NCBI GenBank assembly: GCA_034408725.1 | Contig: JAWXCN010000012.1 | Span: 1 to 59,955 of the forward strand | Origin: Candidatus Hydrogenedentota bacterium | GTDB taxonomy: Bacteria > Hydrogenedentota > Hydrogenedentia > Hydrogenedentales > SLHB01 | Length of the DNA: 59,955 nt | Reading direction: 5' to 3' | Part shown: piece after piece, positions 19,062 through 28,786 of the stretch | Layout of the letters: each line of letters starts with the position of its first letter | Numbering within the stretch: position 1 is the first letter of the stretch | The notes under the pieces: generated by a model | What the model saw: only the letters and a program-made list of their open reading frames with translations | Databases searched by the model: none | What the model was told of the DNA's origin: nothing | Position numbers and translations under genes: made by a program

Positions 19062-20384
19062 TCAAACGCTGTAATGTGCCGCCACCTTCCGCACCGCATA
19101 TGCGGCTTCTTCGATGTATTGTTCCGGCATGGATTCGTGGATCACAATGCGGACGCCGGTGGTGAGGATTTTCTCGGCCTCGGGCGTCTCGTGTTTCGAG
19201 AAATCCATGTCGGTGAGGCCCATTTCCTTCACAGGCCATTTCCCTGCGAAGAACCCGTGGTTCAGAAACACGGGATTGTGGTGCATGGTGACGGGGATGT
19301 ACCCCGCGGATGCCTGCACACCTTCCGCGACGAGGGCTTTCACGAACTGCGCGCGGTCGCAGGAGAACGCTGCCAGGTCCATGCGAAACATGTAGAACCA
19401 GAACGAGCAGCGGTCTTCCGCGTGCACGTTGTGCGCGGTGATGCCTTTCACGCCGGCAATACGCTCGCTGAGCAGATTGCCGAGTTTTGATCGCGTCGCG
19501 ACGATATCTTCCAGCCGGGTGATCTGGCCCGCGGCGACTGCTGCCTGCGTTTCGCTCATGCGGTAGTTGGTCGAGAAAAACGAAAACTGCCCGCCGTTGA
19601 TGCGGTCGAAGCCTTTGTCTCCAAACCATTGCAGGCGCGGACCGAGCGCATCGTCATTGGAGGCTACAACGCCGCCGTCACCTGTGGTGATGTGTTTGGA
19701 ATTTTGCAGGGACCAGCAAGCGATGTGGCCGATGGTGCCGATGGGTTTGCCGCGATACTTCGCGCCCCAGGCCTGCGCGCAGTCTTCGATGAGGATAAGG
19801 TTGTGCTTATCGGCAACGGCTTTGAGCGCATCAAGGTCGCATGGATTGCCCGCGAGGTGTACCGCGATGATCGCCTTGGTTTTCGGGGTGATGCGCCGTT
19901 CGACATCAGCGGGATCGAGGTTGTAGGTCGTTGGATCCAAATCGGCGAAGACGGGCACGCCCATCTGGTATATCACGCCGATCACCGTGCCGATGTCCGT
20001 GATCGGCGCGGTGATCACTTCGTCGCCAGGCCAGATACCCGCGGCGGCAACAGCGATGTGCAATGCGGCGGTGCCAGAGGAACACGTCATAACGTGTTTC
20101 AACGGGCAAATCTGCTGGAACCGCTCTGTGAAAATGCCCGTCTGCGGACCTTTCCAATAAAACAGCGTGTCCTGCCCAAGCATTTCGTTGAGGCGTTCGC
20201 GTTCGGGTTCGCCGAATCGGGGTGGCTGCTTGAACGCGGTTTTCACCGCTTTTTCGCCGCCGTCAACGGCTAGCGCGGCAGGGGTCGCGGGTTCGGCTGC
20301 GTGCGCGATTCTGGTGGCAAGCGACAAGCCCGCGGCGGATGCAGCCAGAAATTCGCGTCGAGGGAGATTGTGTGAATTTTTCAT
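19062..20384 (-). CDS. DegT/DnrJ/EryC1/StrS PLP aminotransferase with Tat signal
   Basis: SSGTAALH, GDEVIT, IEDCAQA, WSLQNSKHITTGDGG, NYRM; N-terminal PRREFL. Confidence 0.92.
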   Translation of the reverse strand: MKNSHNLPRREFLAASAAGLSLATRIAHAAEPATPAALAVDGGEKAVKTAFKQPPRFGEPERERLNEMLGQDTLFYWKGPQTGIFTERFQQICPLKHVMTCSSGTAALHIAVAAAGIWPGDEVITAPITDIGTVIGVIYQMGVPVFADLDPTTYNLDPADVERRITPKTKAIIAVHLAGNPCDLDALKAVADKHNLILIEDCAQAWGAKYRGKPIGTIGHIACWSLQNSKHITTGDGGVVASNDDALGPRLQWFGDKGFDRINGGQFSFFSTNYRMSETQAAVAAGQITRLEDIVATRSKLGNLLSERIAGVKGITAHNVHAEDRCSFWFYMFRMDLAAFSCDRAQFVKALVAEGVQASAGYIPVTMHHNPVFLNHGFFAGKWPVKEMGLTDMDFSKHETPEAEKILTTGVRIVIHESMPEQYIEEAAYAVRKVAAHYSV

Positions 20385-20664
20385 GGGTTGAGGATACTAG
20401 AGGTGTGCGGGTTGGTCAATTCGTAGCGCCGGGTTTGCCGAAGTGGCCCCGACTTCGCCAAGGGCGGCGCTACTTTGGCGTTACTTCGGTCATGTCGACG
20501 CTATTCGCGCTACTTTGCGATGGCGGTGCTACTTTGTCAACGCTACTTCGGGGCTCTTAATGCACATAAGCCTTTGGAAATACGGCGGATTCGTGTGGTA
20601 AACTTGCGGTTCTGTGACTTTACTAATCCGGGCGCGCGGTGCTGCGTGTCCGCCGGGGAAGACT

Positions 20665-20967
20665 ATGGCGAAAATTACTAAGGCCGACGTGGAATATGTC
20701 GCTGGACTGGCCCAACTTACGCTCGATGAGGCGGACAAGGATAAGCTGGTCGGCGAGATGGGCGATATTCTTGCATACATGGAAAAACTGAACGCGCTGG
20801 ATACGGAAGGCATCGAGCCGATGATGCACGTGTTGGAGATGACCAATGTGTTTCGGGAAGATGTGGTTGAGCCGTCGCTGGACCGCGAAGTTGCGTTGAT
20901 GAACGCGCCGAAAACGGATGGCGAATATTTTCTCGTGCCGAAGATTCTGGACCTGGGAGATGAGTGA
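20665..20967 (+). CDS. gatC: Asp/Glu-tRNA amidotransferase subunit C
   Basis: ITKADVEYVAGLAQL...LNALDTEGIEP...FREDVV...NAP...YFLVPKI. Confidence 0.95.
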   Translation: MAKITKADVEYVAGLAQLTLDEADKDKLVGEMGDILAYMEKLNALDTEGIEPMMHVLEMTNVFREDVVEPSLDREVALMNAPKTDGEYFLVPKILDLGDE

Positions 20968-20970
20968 AGA

Positions 20971-21165
20971 ACATCCCCCTAAATCCCCCTTCAAAGGGGG
21001 GACTTTTAAGAGGCCATTCGACGTATGGATATCGATAAAAGTTGTTTCGTCTCAGCGGCATGTATCGTTTCACATGTATCGTTTCAGCGACATGTTTCTT
21101 CTCAACGGCACGTTTCTCAACGACGTTGAATAGCCGCATTAAAGTCCCCCTTTGAAGGGGGATGT
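20971..21165. repeat. REP doublet (REPIN/MITE-like) with CCCCCTAAATCCCCCTTCAAAGGGGG arms
   Basis: Left arm 20971-21005, inverted right arm 21141-21165; same arms as 25850-25983. Confidence 0.85.
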
Positions 21166-21253
21166 TACGCCCAAGATTGCGATTGAGGTATAAACTGACA
21201 AGATCGAGTACTAATACGATGGCGAGCACGAGCACGAACGAGACAGGAAACGC

Positions 21254-22723
21254 ATGAGCAAGTGGTACGAAAAAAAAGCGCATGAGATTCGCGATGCGGT
21301 GCGTGGTGGAAATGTTTCCGCGCTGGAGGTGACGGAAAGTCATCTTGCTCGGATCGACGCCGTAGACGGCAAGGTGAAGGCCTTCGTCGATGTGTGGGGC
21401 GATGCCGCGCGCGCACAAGCCGTCGACATCGATGCGCGCATCAAGAAAGGCGAAGACGTTGGCCCGCTCGCGGGCGTGCCCATTGGCCTGAAGGACGTGT
21501 TCTGCACGAAGCTGGGCACGACCACGTGCTGCTCGAAAATTCTCAAGGGATATCGCAGCCCGTTTGACGGCACAGCGGTCGAGCGGCTTGCGAAGGCTGG
21601 CGCGGTGTTTCTCGGTAAGCTGAACATGGACGAGTTTGCAATGGGGTCGTCGACGGAGAATTCGTCGATTCAAACTACGCGCAACCCCTGGAACCTCGAC
21701 TGTGTTCCCGGCGGATCGAGCGGCGGCTCCGCCGCGGCAGTTGCGTCAGACGAGTGCGCCATCACGCTGGGCACCGATACTGGTGGATCAATTCGCCAAC
21801 CAGCCGCGTGCGTGGGGTGCGTGGGTATCAAGCCGACGTACGGGCGCATCTCGCGCTACGGAATCGTCGCGTTTGCGTCGTCGCTTGATCAGATCGGGCC
21901 GTTCACCAAAGATGTGGAAGACTGCGCGATGGCCCTGAATGTTATGTGCGGGCGCGACCCGAAAGATTCTACTTCCGCCAATTTGCCCGTGCCGGATTTC
22001 ACAAAGGCGTTGAAAGCCGATGTCGCAGGTCTGCGCATCGGGTTGCCGAAGGAATACTTCACTGACGCGTTGAACGCGGAGATGCGCGAGAAGGTCATGG
22101 CCGCGGTCGCCGTGCTTGAGAAACAAGGCGCGAAAGTAGTTGAAGTGTCGCTGCCGCACACGGACTACGCAGTCGCGGTGTATTACATCATCTGCACGGC
22201 GGAAGCGAGCGCGAACCTCGCGCGATTCGACGGCGTCCGCTACGCGTATCGCGCGCCGGGCGCGACATCGACACTGGACATGTACACGCGAACCAAGACC
22301 GATGGCTACGGGCCGGAGGTGCGCCGCAGAATCATGCTCGGCACGTATGTGCTGTCGAGCGGATATTACGACGCGTATTATTTGAAAGCGCAAAAGGTGC
22401 GCTCGCTGATCCGCAAGGATTTCACGGATGCGTTCGAGCAGTGCGACGTGATCCTAACGCCGACGTCGCCGACGCCGGCGTTCAAAATCGGCGAGAAGGC
22501 GGCGAATCCCCTCGAAATGTACCTCAGCGACATTTACACGATCAGCGTGAACCTCGCCGGTATTCCAGGATTGAGCATGCCTTGCGGCCTCACCAAATCG
22601 GGGTTGCCGGCGGGGTTGCAGATAATTGCGAAGCCGTTTGACGAGGAGACAATTTTGCGTGTGGCGTACACGTATGAGCAGAGGCGCGGGTTTGAAATGG
22701 GTACGCCGACGGCGGTGAAATGA
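21254..22723 (+). CDS. gatA: Asp/Glu-tRNA amidotransferase subunit A
   Basis: [62 protein letters not shown]. Confidence 0.97.
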   Translation: MSKWYEKKAHEIRDAVRGGNVSALEVTESHLARIDAVDGKVKAFVDVWGDAARAQAVDIDARIKKGEDVGPLAGVPIGLKDVFCTKLGTTTCCSKILKGYRSPFDGTAVERLAKAGAVFLGKLNMDEFAMGSSTENSSIQTTRNPWNLDCVPGGSSGGSAAAVASDECAITLGTDTGGSIRQPAACVGCVGIKPTYGRISRYGIVAFASSLDQIGPFTKDVEDCAMALNVMCGRDPKDSTSANLPVPDFTKALKADVAGLRIGLPKEYFTDALNAEMREKVMAAVAVLEKQGAKVVEVSLPHTDYAVAVYYIICTAEASANLARFDGVRYAYRAPGATSTLDMYTRTKTDGYGPEVRRRIMLGTYVLSSGYYDAYYLKAQKVRSLIRKDFTDAFEQCDVILTPTSPTPAFKIGEKAANPLEMYLSDIYTISVNLAGIPGLSMPCGLTKSGLPAGLQIIAKPFDEETILRVAYTYEQRRGFEMGTPTAVK

Positions 22724-22759
22724 TCAGATCGAAATCTAAACGGATTCTCTGCAAAGGGG

Positions 22760-23119
22760 GTGCGGTTTATGGACATCTGGACATGGAGCCCGTTTTGGTC
22801 GGAAGAAGCGCGGAAAGCGATCGTACATTTTACTGAACCAGAAAGACGGCGATTTCTATTTGTTCAGTTTGTTATCGGCATCTGCGTGTCACTGTTCGGG
22901 ATGTTGCTCGCGAATACGCTGTTTGGAGAAACGGTAACTATTGCTTCCGCTAGCGTGGCAGGTCTTGCTACTGTTGGCTTTGTCTTTTTTTCCTACTTCT
23001 CCCGGCGAACCGTGAGACGCATTTTGTCAAACACTGAGTGGGCGCTACAGCAGGGATATAACGCAGAGAATTTGAGATTGACTCGATTTGGTCGCCGCAA
23101 ATTGGATACTCACGAGTAA
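22760..23119 (+). CDS. Small hypothetical two-TM membrane protein between gatA and gatB
   Basis: 119-aa ORF fills the gap, has two hydrophobic stretches and is more AT-rich than its flanks. Confidence 0.6.
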   Translation: MRFMDIWTWSPFWSEEARKAIVHFTEPERRRFLFVQFVIGICVSLFGMLLANTLFGETVTIASASVAGLATVGFVFFSYFSRRTVRRILSNTEWALQQGYNAENLRLTRFGRRKLDTHE

Positions 23120-23130
23120 AGAAAGTCGAA

Positions 23131-24566
23131 ATGAAATACGAACCAGTCATAGGCATGGAAGTGCACGTCGAATTGAGCACCAAATCAAAGGTGTTTTGCG
23201 GATGCAGCACAAATTTTCATGCGCCGACTAACACGAACGTGTGCCCTGTGTGTTTGGGCATGCCGGGCGTATTGCCGGTGTTGAACAAGCGCGCGGTGGA
23301 AATGTCGGTCGCGGTCGGGCTGGCGTTGAACTGCAAATTTCGCGCTGGTCGAAGATGGACCGGAAAAACTATTTTTATCCCGACCTCGCCAAGAACTACC
23401 AAATCAGCCAGTACGATCTGCCGCTGTGCCACGACGGGTTCATCAACATTAACACCAACGGCGCGGCGAAGCGCATCGGGATCACGCGCGCGCATCTGGA
23501 AGAAGACACCGCGCGCAACACCCACACCATTGGCGGCGGCGACAGCGGCGTGGACTTTAACCGTTGCGGCGTGACCTTGCTGGAGATTGTGACCGAACCG
23601 GACATTCGCAGCGCCGACGAAGCCTTCGCGTATCTGACAGAATTGAAGCAAATGTTGCGCTACCTCGACGTGAGCGATTGCAACATGGAAGAAGGTTCGT
23701 TGCGCGCGGAAGCGAACATCAGCATTCGGCCCGCGGGTACCGAACCGTTCGGCACCAAGTCGGAAGTAAAAAACGTCGCATCGTTCAGCGGTATCCAGAA
23801 GGCCATCGAATTCGAGATTGCGCGGCAGGCAAAACTGCTCGATGAAGGCGGCAAGGTCGTGCAGGAAACGCGCGGGTGGGACGCGGACCGCGGCATCACG
23901 TTTTCGCAGCGCGCGAAAGAATCCGCGCACGACTACCGGTACTTCCCAGACCCCGATCTCGTGCCGATTGTCATTGACGAGGCCTGGGAAACCCGCATTC
24001 GCGAATCCTTGCCGGAGCTGCCGCAGGCGCGTCGCGCTCGTTTTGAAACAGACTTCGGATTGTCAGCTTATGATGCGGGCGTGCTGACTGGCGAGAAGCC
24101 GACGGCGGACTATTACGAGGCGGTTGTAAAACTTGGTTGCCAGCCCAAACAGGCCGCAAACTGGATTACTGTCGAGCTGCAGGCCCTTTTGACCGAACGC
24201 AAGCAAGAGATTGCTGCGTGCAACGTTACACCGGAACACCTCGGCGGAATGCTGAAACTCATCGAGGATGGTACAATTAGTGGGAAGATTGCCAAGGACC
24301 TGCTGGTTGACATGTTCGAGACAGGCAAGGACGGGAAGGCGTTGGTCGCGGAAAAAGGGCTGGTGCAGATCAGCGACACATCCGCGATCGAAGCGGTCGC
24401 GCGGGAAATCCTGACGGTGAATCCGGGGCCCGTGGCCGACTATCGAGGCGGCAAGGAAAAGGCGTTTGGCTTTCTGGTCGGGCAACTGATGAAAGCCACC
24501 AAGGGCAAAGCGAACCCGCAGATGGCGAACGAAGTGTTGAAACGCGTACTGGGCGAAACCGAATAG
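23131..24566 (+). CDS. gatB: Asp/Glu-tRNA amidotransferase subunit B, with a 1-nt frameshift near 23335-23340
   Basis: [21 protein letters not shown] in one frame; [30 protein letters not shown] in another. Confidence 0.95.
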
Positions 24567-24581
24567 GCGATATAAAACAGA

Positions 24582-24971
24582 TTGAAGAACCTAGTGAAGA
24601 AAGCGCCGGCGGCCGAGCCGGATTTTTTGCCCGCGACACGATTGATAGCGTCGCTCGCGGATGACCACAAAGCGATCGATATTCGCGCATACGATCTGCG
24701 CGGATTGACGGTCATTGCCGACAGTTTTGTCGTGTGTACGGCGACAAGCGAGCCGCACGTGAAGGCGGTCTCGAGCGCAATCCTTTCGGGCACGCGCGAT
24801 GCTGGTCTAAAAGCGCGCAATTCCGAGGGCAATCACCGGAACAATTGGCTGGTGCTGGACTACGGCAATATCATCGTGCATATTTTCCGCAAGGAAACGC
24901 GCGAATTCTATGATCTCGACGGGCTGTGGGGCGATGCGCCGCGCATTCCGCTGGATTTGGAAGAAGGGTAA
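24582..24971 (+). CDS. rsfS: Ribosome silencing factor (Iojap)
   Basis: KAIDI..YDL....IADSFVVCT...WLVLDYGNIIVHIF...REFYDLDGLWGDA; start codon uncertain. Confidence 0.93.
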   Translation: MKNLVKKAPAAEPDFLPATRLIASLADDHKAIDIRAYDLRGLTVIADSFVVCTATSEPHVKAVSSAILSGTRDAGLKARNSEGNHRNNWLVLDYGNIIVHIFRKETREFYDLDGLWGDAPRIPLDLEEG

Positions 24972-25003
24972 CCAGCACAATCGAAAGCCCACGACCTAAC
25001 GCC

Positions 25004-25840
25004 ATGATGAAGCAGGAACTGCCGGATCGGCTCAAGCTTTACCATTTCAAATGCGACCGCCTACTGGGGCGCGGCGGCACGGGTACAGTCTATCGCGCGA
25101 TCGACACCGTCAAGGGAGAAGTGGTCGCAGTTAAACTTTTTCACGCGAACTTTTTCCGTAACAATTCCCAGGTGCGCGACTTCGCCAAGAGCGTGCAGCA
25201 ATTCAAGAAGTTCAATCACGCAAACGTGGTCCGGGTGAACGAGTTCATCGAAGGTCCGGAAGGTCTGTGCCTGACGATGGAATATGTGGATGGCCCGGAC
25301 ATGAAGTACTATCTCGAGAATCGTACATGGAACCTCGAAGAGCGGCTCGTGATCGTTGCGCAGATTTGCAATGGATTACAGTACATCCATGATCAGGGTT
25401 TTACGCATCATGATTTGAAGCCGGGCAATATCCTGTTCACGCGGAAGGGTGTCGCGAAATTGTCGGATTATTCGCTGTGCCGCCCGCGCGCGTTGCCGTT
25501 TCTCGATTCCGGATTGGTCGAGCAGATCACGCCGATGTATGTCGCGCCGGAGATTATTCGCGGCGAGAAAGCGACCAACCGCAGCGATATTTATTCGTTG
25601 GGCATTGCGTTGTATCTGATGTTCGCCGGCAAACTTCCGTTCGAGGTCGACAACTTGCAGCTGCTGTACATGGCGCACATGCGCGCGGTGCCGTTGAATC
25701 CGCACATGGTGAACCGGCGGTGTCCGCAGGCTCTCGGCGACGTAATCATGAAGATGATCGAGAAGGACCCCGCGAAGCGGTATGAGAGCTGCGATCAGTT
25801 GCGGATCGTGCTGTCGGATGTGGGTAGATCAAGAATTTGA
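25004..25840 (+). CDS. Hanks-type Ser/Thr protein kinase (kinase domain only, atypical motifs)
   Basis: LGRGGTGTVY, VAVK, HHDLKPGN, DYS in place of DFG, YVAPE, SDIYSLG. Confidence 0.88.
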   Translation: MMKQELPDRLKLYHFKCDRLLGRGGTGTVYRAIDTVKGEVVAVKLFHANFFRNNSQVRDFAKSVQQFKKFNHANVVRVNEFIEGPEGLCLTMEYVDGPDMKYYLENRTWNLEERLVIVAQICNGLQYIHDQGFTHHDLKPGNILFTRKGVAKLSDYSLCRPRALPFLDSGLVEQITPMYVAPEIIRGEKATNRSDIYSLGIALYLMFAGKLPFEVDNLQLLYMAHMRAVPLNPHMVNRRCPQALGDVIMKMIEKDPAKRYESCDQLRIVLSDVGRSRI

Positions 25841-25849
25841 TTGGGGGCA

Positions 25850-25983
25850 ACATCCCCCTAAATCCCCCTTCAAAGGGGGACTTGAGAGGGCTAACGACAT
25901 ACACTGTTAATTGACCACGCTTTTAAGAAGACTTGAGGTGGCCTTATTGAAGTCCCCCTTTGAAGGGGGATTTAGGGGGATGT
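25850..25983. repeat. REP doublet with perfect 34-bp inverted arms
   Basis: acatccccctaaatcccccttcaaagggggactt (25850-25883) and its exact reverse complement (25950-25983), between convergent genes. Confidence 0.9.
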
Positions 25984-25988
25984 AGTTT

Positions 25989-26783
25989 TCAGCGCAATCC
26001 CAGCACGTCCTGCATGTCGTAGAGGCCTGGTTTGGCGCTTGCCGCGAAGCGGGCCGCGCGAAGCGCGCCGCGCGCAAAATTGTCGCGGTTGTGGGCTTTG
26101 TGCGTGAGTTCGACGCGCTCACCTTCGCCAATAAAACTTACCGTGTGATCGCCGACGACGTCCCCGCCGCGGACGGAATGCATTCCGATTTGGCGTGAGG
26201 GGCGCGCGCCCACGAGGCCATCGCGCCCGTGCGCGACATCATGTTCGTAGTTGAGGCCGAGGGCTTCGGCCGCGCATTCCGCCAGGCGCACGGCGGTGCC
26301 GCTGGGGCTGTCTTTTTTCTGATTGTGGTGGGTTTCGGAAATCTCGATGTTGTAATCAAGACCGAGAATCCCCGCGACTTCCGTGGTGAGCTTGAACAAC
26401 AAATTCACACCAACGCTCATATTCGGCGCATAGACAATGGCAACGTTTTCGGCCAGCGAAGCCAGCACGAGTTTTTGTGCGTCGTTCAGACCTGTTGTGC
26501 CGACGACCGCCGGGCGATGTTGTTCGGCCGCGATGCGTGCGTTATGGACACAGGCATCCGCGATGGTGAAATCGATGAGGACATCCGATTTCGCGAGTTC
26601 CTTGGCGGGGTCGGCCGATACGGGTACAATGCGCGGTTTGCCGGACTCCGACCCGATGACCAGTTCCATGCCCGCCATGGTTGGCACGTCGAACGCACCG
26701 CCAATGTCAATCCCTTCGGCAAGCGCGATTTCGAGAATACGGCGGCCCATGCGCCCGCAGGCGCCTGCCATGCAAATTTTCAC
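25989..26783 (-). CDS. dapB: 4-hydroxy-tetrahydrodipicolinate reductase
   Basis: GACGRMG, VVGTTG, APNMSVGVN, ETHHNQKKDSPSGTA, RGGDVVGDH. Confidence 0.96.
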   Translation of the reverse strand: MKICMAGACGRMGRRILEIALAEGIDIGGAFDVPTMAGMELVIGSESGKPRIVPVSADPAKELAKSDVLIDFTIADACVHNARIAAEQHRPAVVGTTGLNDAQKLVLASLAENVAIVYAPNMSVGVNLLFKLTTEVAGILGLDYNIEISETHHNQKKDSPSGTAVRLAECAAEALGLNYEHDVAHGRDGLVGARPSRQIGMHSVRGGDVVGDHTVSFIGEGERVELTHKAHNRDNFARGALRAARFAASAKPGLYDMQDVLGLR

Positions 26784-27664
26784 CGGGCGGCCGCCAATAG
26801 CGCGGGCTGCTGCTCGAGTACCTTATCGAGTTTGGCGAATGGTTCCTCGCGCATTTTCGTGAGCGGCAGGCGCAGGATGTTTTCGCATAGGCCCATGCGC
26901 GCGAGCGCGGCCTTCACCGGGATCGGGTTTGTTTCGAGGAACAACGCCTTGAACAGCGGCCACAATTCGAAGTGGATGCGCTGGGCTTCCGCGAGGTTGC
27001 CTTTGTCGAATTCGGCGCACATCTGCGCAATCGGGCCAGGAGCGACATTCGCGGCGACGGACACAACGCCGGTTGCGCCAACGGCCATCATCGGCAGCGT
27101 GAGCGAATCGTCGCCCGACAGTACGGTGATATCGCAGAGGGAACGAATTGACGACACCTGATCAATGCTGCCCGCCGCTTCTTTTATGGCGACGATGTTG
27201 GGTGATTTCGCCATCACCGCGACGGTTTCCGGCAGGATGTTTGTGCCCGTGCGGCTGGGCACGTTGTAAAGCATAATCGGAATATCTACCTGCTCCGCGA
27301 TCAGCGTGTAGTGCGCGATCTGCCCCTCTGGCGTGGGCTTGTTGTAGTACGGCGTAATGAGAAGCGCGCCGTCCGCGCCAACGTCTTTAGCGAAGCGCGT
27401 CAGGGACAGCGCTTCCTTGGTATTGTTCGATCCCGTCCCGGCGATGACGGGAACGCGGCCCGCGACCTTCTCGATGCAGTAGCGGATAATCTGTTCCTGC
27501 TCGGCGTGCGCCAGGGTCGCGGCTTCGCCCGTACACCCGCAGGGCACGATGCCGTCGGTGCCCTGATCGATCTGAAACTCGATCAGGCGCGAATAGGCGT
27601 CGAAATCAATATCGAAATTTGGTTTGAAAGGGGTTGCCAGGGCTACGTATGAACCGCGAAACAT
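26780..27664 (-). CDS. dapA: 4-hydroxy-tetrahydrodipicolinate synthase
   Basis: GCTGEA, IAGTGSNNT, PYYNKP, LYNVPSRTG, IKEA, LSGDD, ETNPIPVK. Confidence 0.96.
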   Translation of the reverse strand: MFRGSYVALATPFKPNFDIDFDAYSRLIEFQIDQGTDGIVPCGCTGEAATLAHAEQEQIIRYCIEKVAGRVPVIAGTGSNNTKEALSLTRFAKDVGADGALLITPYYNKPTPEGQIAHYTLIAEQVDIPIMLYNVPSRTGTNILPETVAVMAKSPNIVAIKEAAGSIDQVSSIRSLCDITVLSGDDSLTLPMMAVGATGVVSVAANVAPGPIAQMCAEFDKGNLAEAQRIHFELWPLFKALFLETNPIPVKAALARMGLCENILRLPLTKMREEPFAKLDKVLEQQPALLAAAR

Positions 27665-27815
27665 GGTTTCTCTCCAGATACGATAGGTGTTACTCACGAA
27701 GACACCTTCCCATGCGCAGGTGCGCTTCCATGCGAAGGTACGGTATTCTAGTGCATCATTGGTGAGTTTTGCCAACGAAAATACCAAACGCTCCCGCAAC
27801 CGCATTGGACTTGGA

Positions 27816-28073
27816 ATGAGAAAATCGATCGTAGTGTATTCAGCAAAACTTTGTGGCGATTGCCAGTTGCTTAAAGCCTACTTGGACGAAAACGACATTC
27901 CGTATGAGAACCGCGATATCCGGGAGAACCCGGAATACGGGGTAGAACTCGAAGCGAAAACCGGGAAGCTCGGGGTGCCGTTTCTCCTCATCGACGGAGA
28001 ATGGATTCGGGGCTATGAACCTGGTCAGCCTTTTTCGGAGGAATTCGCAAAACGGATTCTGAGCAGGACATGA
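27816..28073 (+). CDS. Glutaredoxin (NrdH-like)
   Basis: VYSAKLCGDC, KTGKLGVPFLLIDG. Confidence 0.85.
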   Translation: MRKSIVVYSAKLCGDCQLLKAYLDENDIPYENRDIRENPEYGVELEAKTGKLGVPFLLIDGEWIRGYEPGQPFSEEFAKRILSRT

Positions 28074-28720
28074 ACGGCGAAGCGCACCCGCTTGGGCATT
28101 TACTCAGTAACAACCAGACGTGGGCCGAAGCCCATCGCCAAAACCACCCGGACTATTTCCCTTCGCTCGCACGCCAACAGTCGCCCCAGTATTTGTGGAT
28201 TGGTTGCGCGGACAGCCGCGTACCGGCGAACGATATCGTGGGGCTTTTGCCGGGTGAACTTTTCGTCCACCGCAACGTCGCAAACCTCGTGGTACATACC
28301 GACCTTAATTGCCTGTCGGTGGTCCAATATGCGGTGGAAGTGCTGCGTGTACAACACATCATCGTTTGTGGCCACTATGGCTGCGGCGGGGTGCTCGCGT
28401 CATTGGAAGACAAGGAACTGGGTCTGATCGACAATTGGCTCCGGCATATTCGTGACGTGCGCGCCAGAAACGCGGAGGAACTCAGTGCGCTGACTGATCG
28501 TGAACTGCGCGTCAACCGGCTTTGCGAACTCAATGTCTTGCAGCAGGCCCACAATGTGTGCCGGACCACGATTGTTCAAAAGGCCTGGCGTCGCGGTCAG
28601 ACGCTTAGCGTCCACGGGTGGATTTACGGTATTCAGGATGGACTATTGAACGACCTCGGATTCCGGGTGTCTCGCGTTGATGATCTCGAGGCGGCATATC
28701 GGATGGCGGTGTTGCCATGA
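28070..28720 (+). CDS. can: Beta-class carbonic anhydrase
   Basis: WIGCADSRVP, FVHRNVAN, QYAV, CGHYGCGG. Confidence 0.95.
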   Translation: MNGEAHPLGHLLSNNQTWAEAHRQNHPDYFPSLARQQSPQYLWIGCADSRVPANDIVGLLPGELFVHRNVANLVVHTDLNCLSVVQYAVEVLRVQHIIVCGHYGCGGVLASLEDKELGLIDNWLRHIRDVRARNAEELSALTDRELRVNRLCELNVLQQAHNVCRTTIVQKAWRRGQTLSVHGWIYGIQDGLLNDLGFRVSRVDDLEAAYRMAVLP

Positions 28721-28786
28721 CGAAAAACGGCACGCCCGGAGGTAGCCAGGCGCGCCGTGAATAGACCGAACCCATCGCGGATGCGA

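Noticed and set aside
20385-20664. T-box riboswitch upstream of gatC
   Set aside because: No GGTGGNACC T-box sequence or terminator was found
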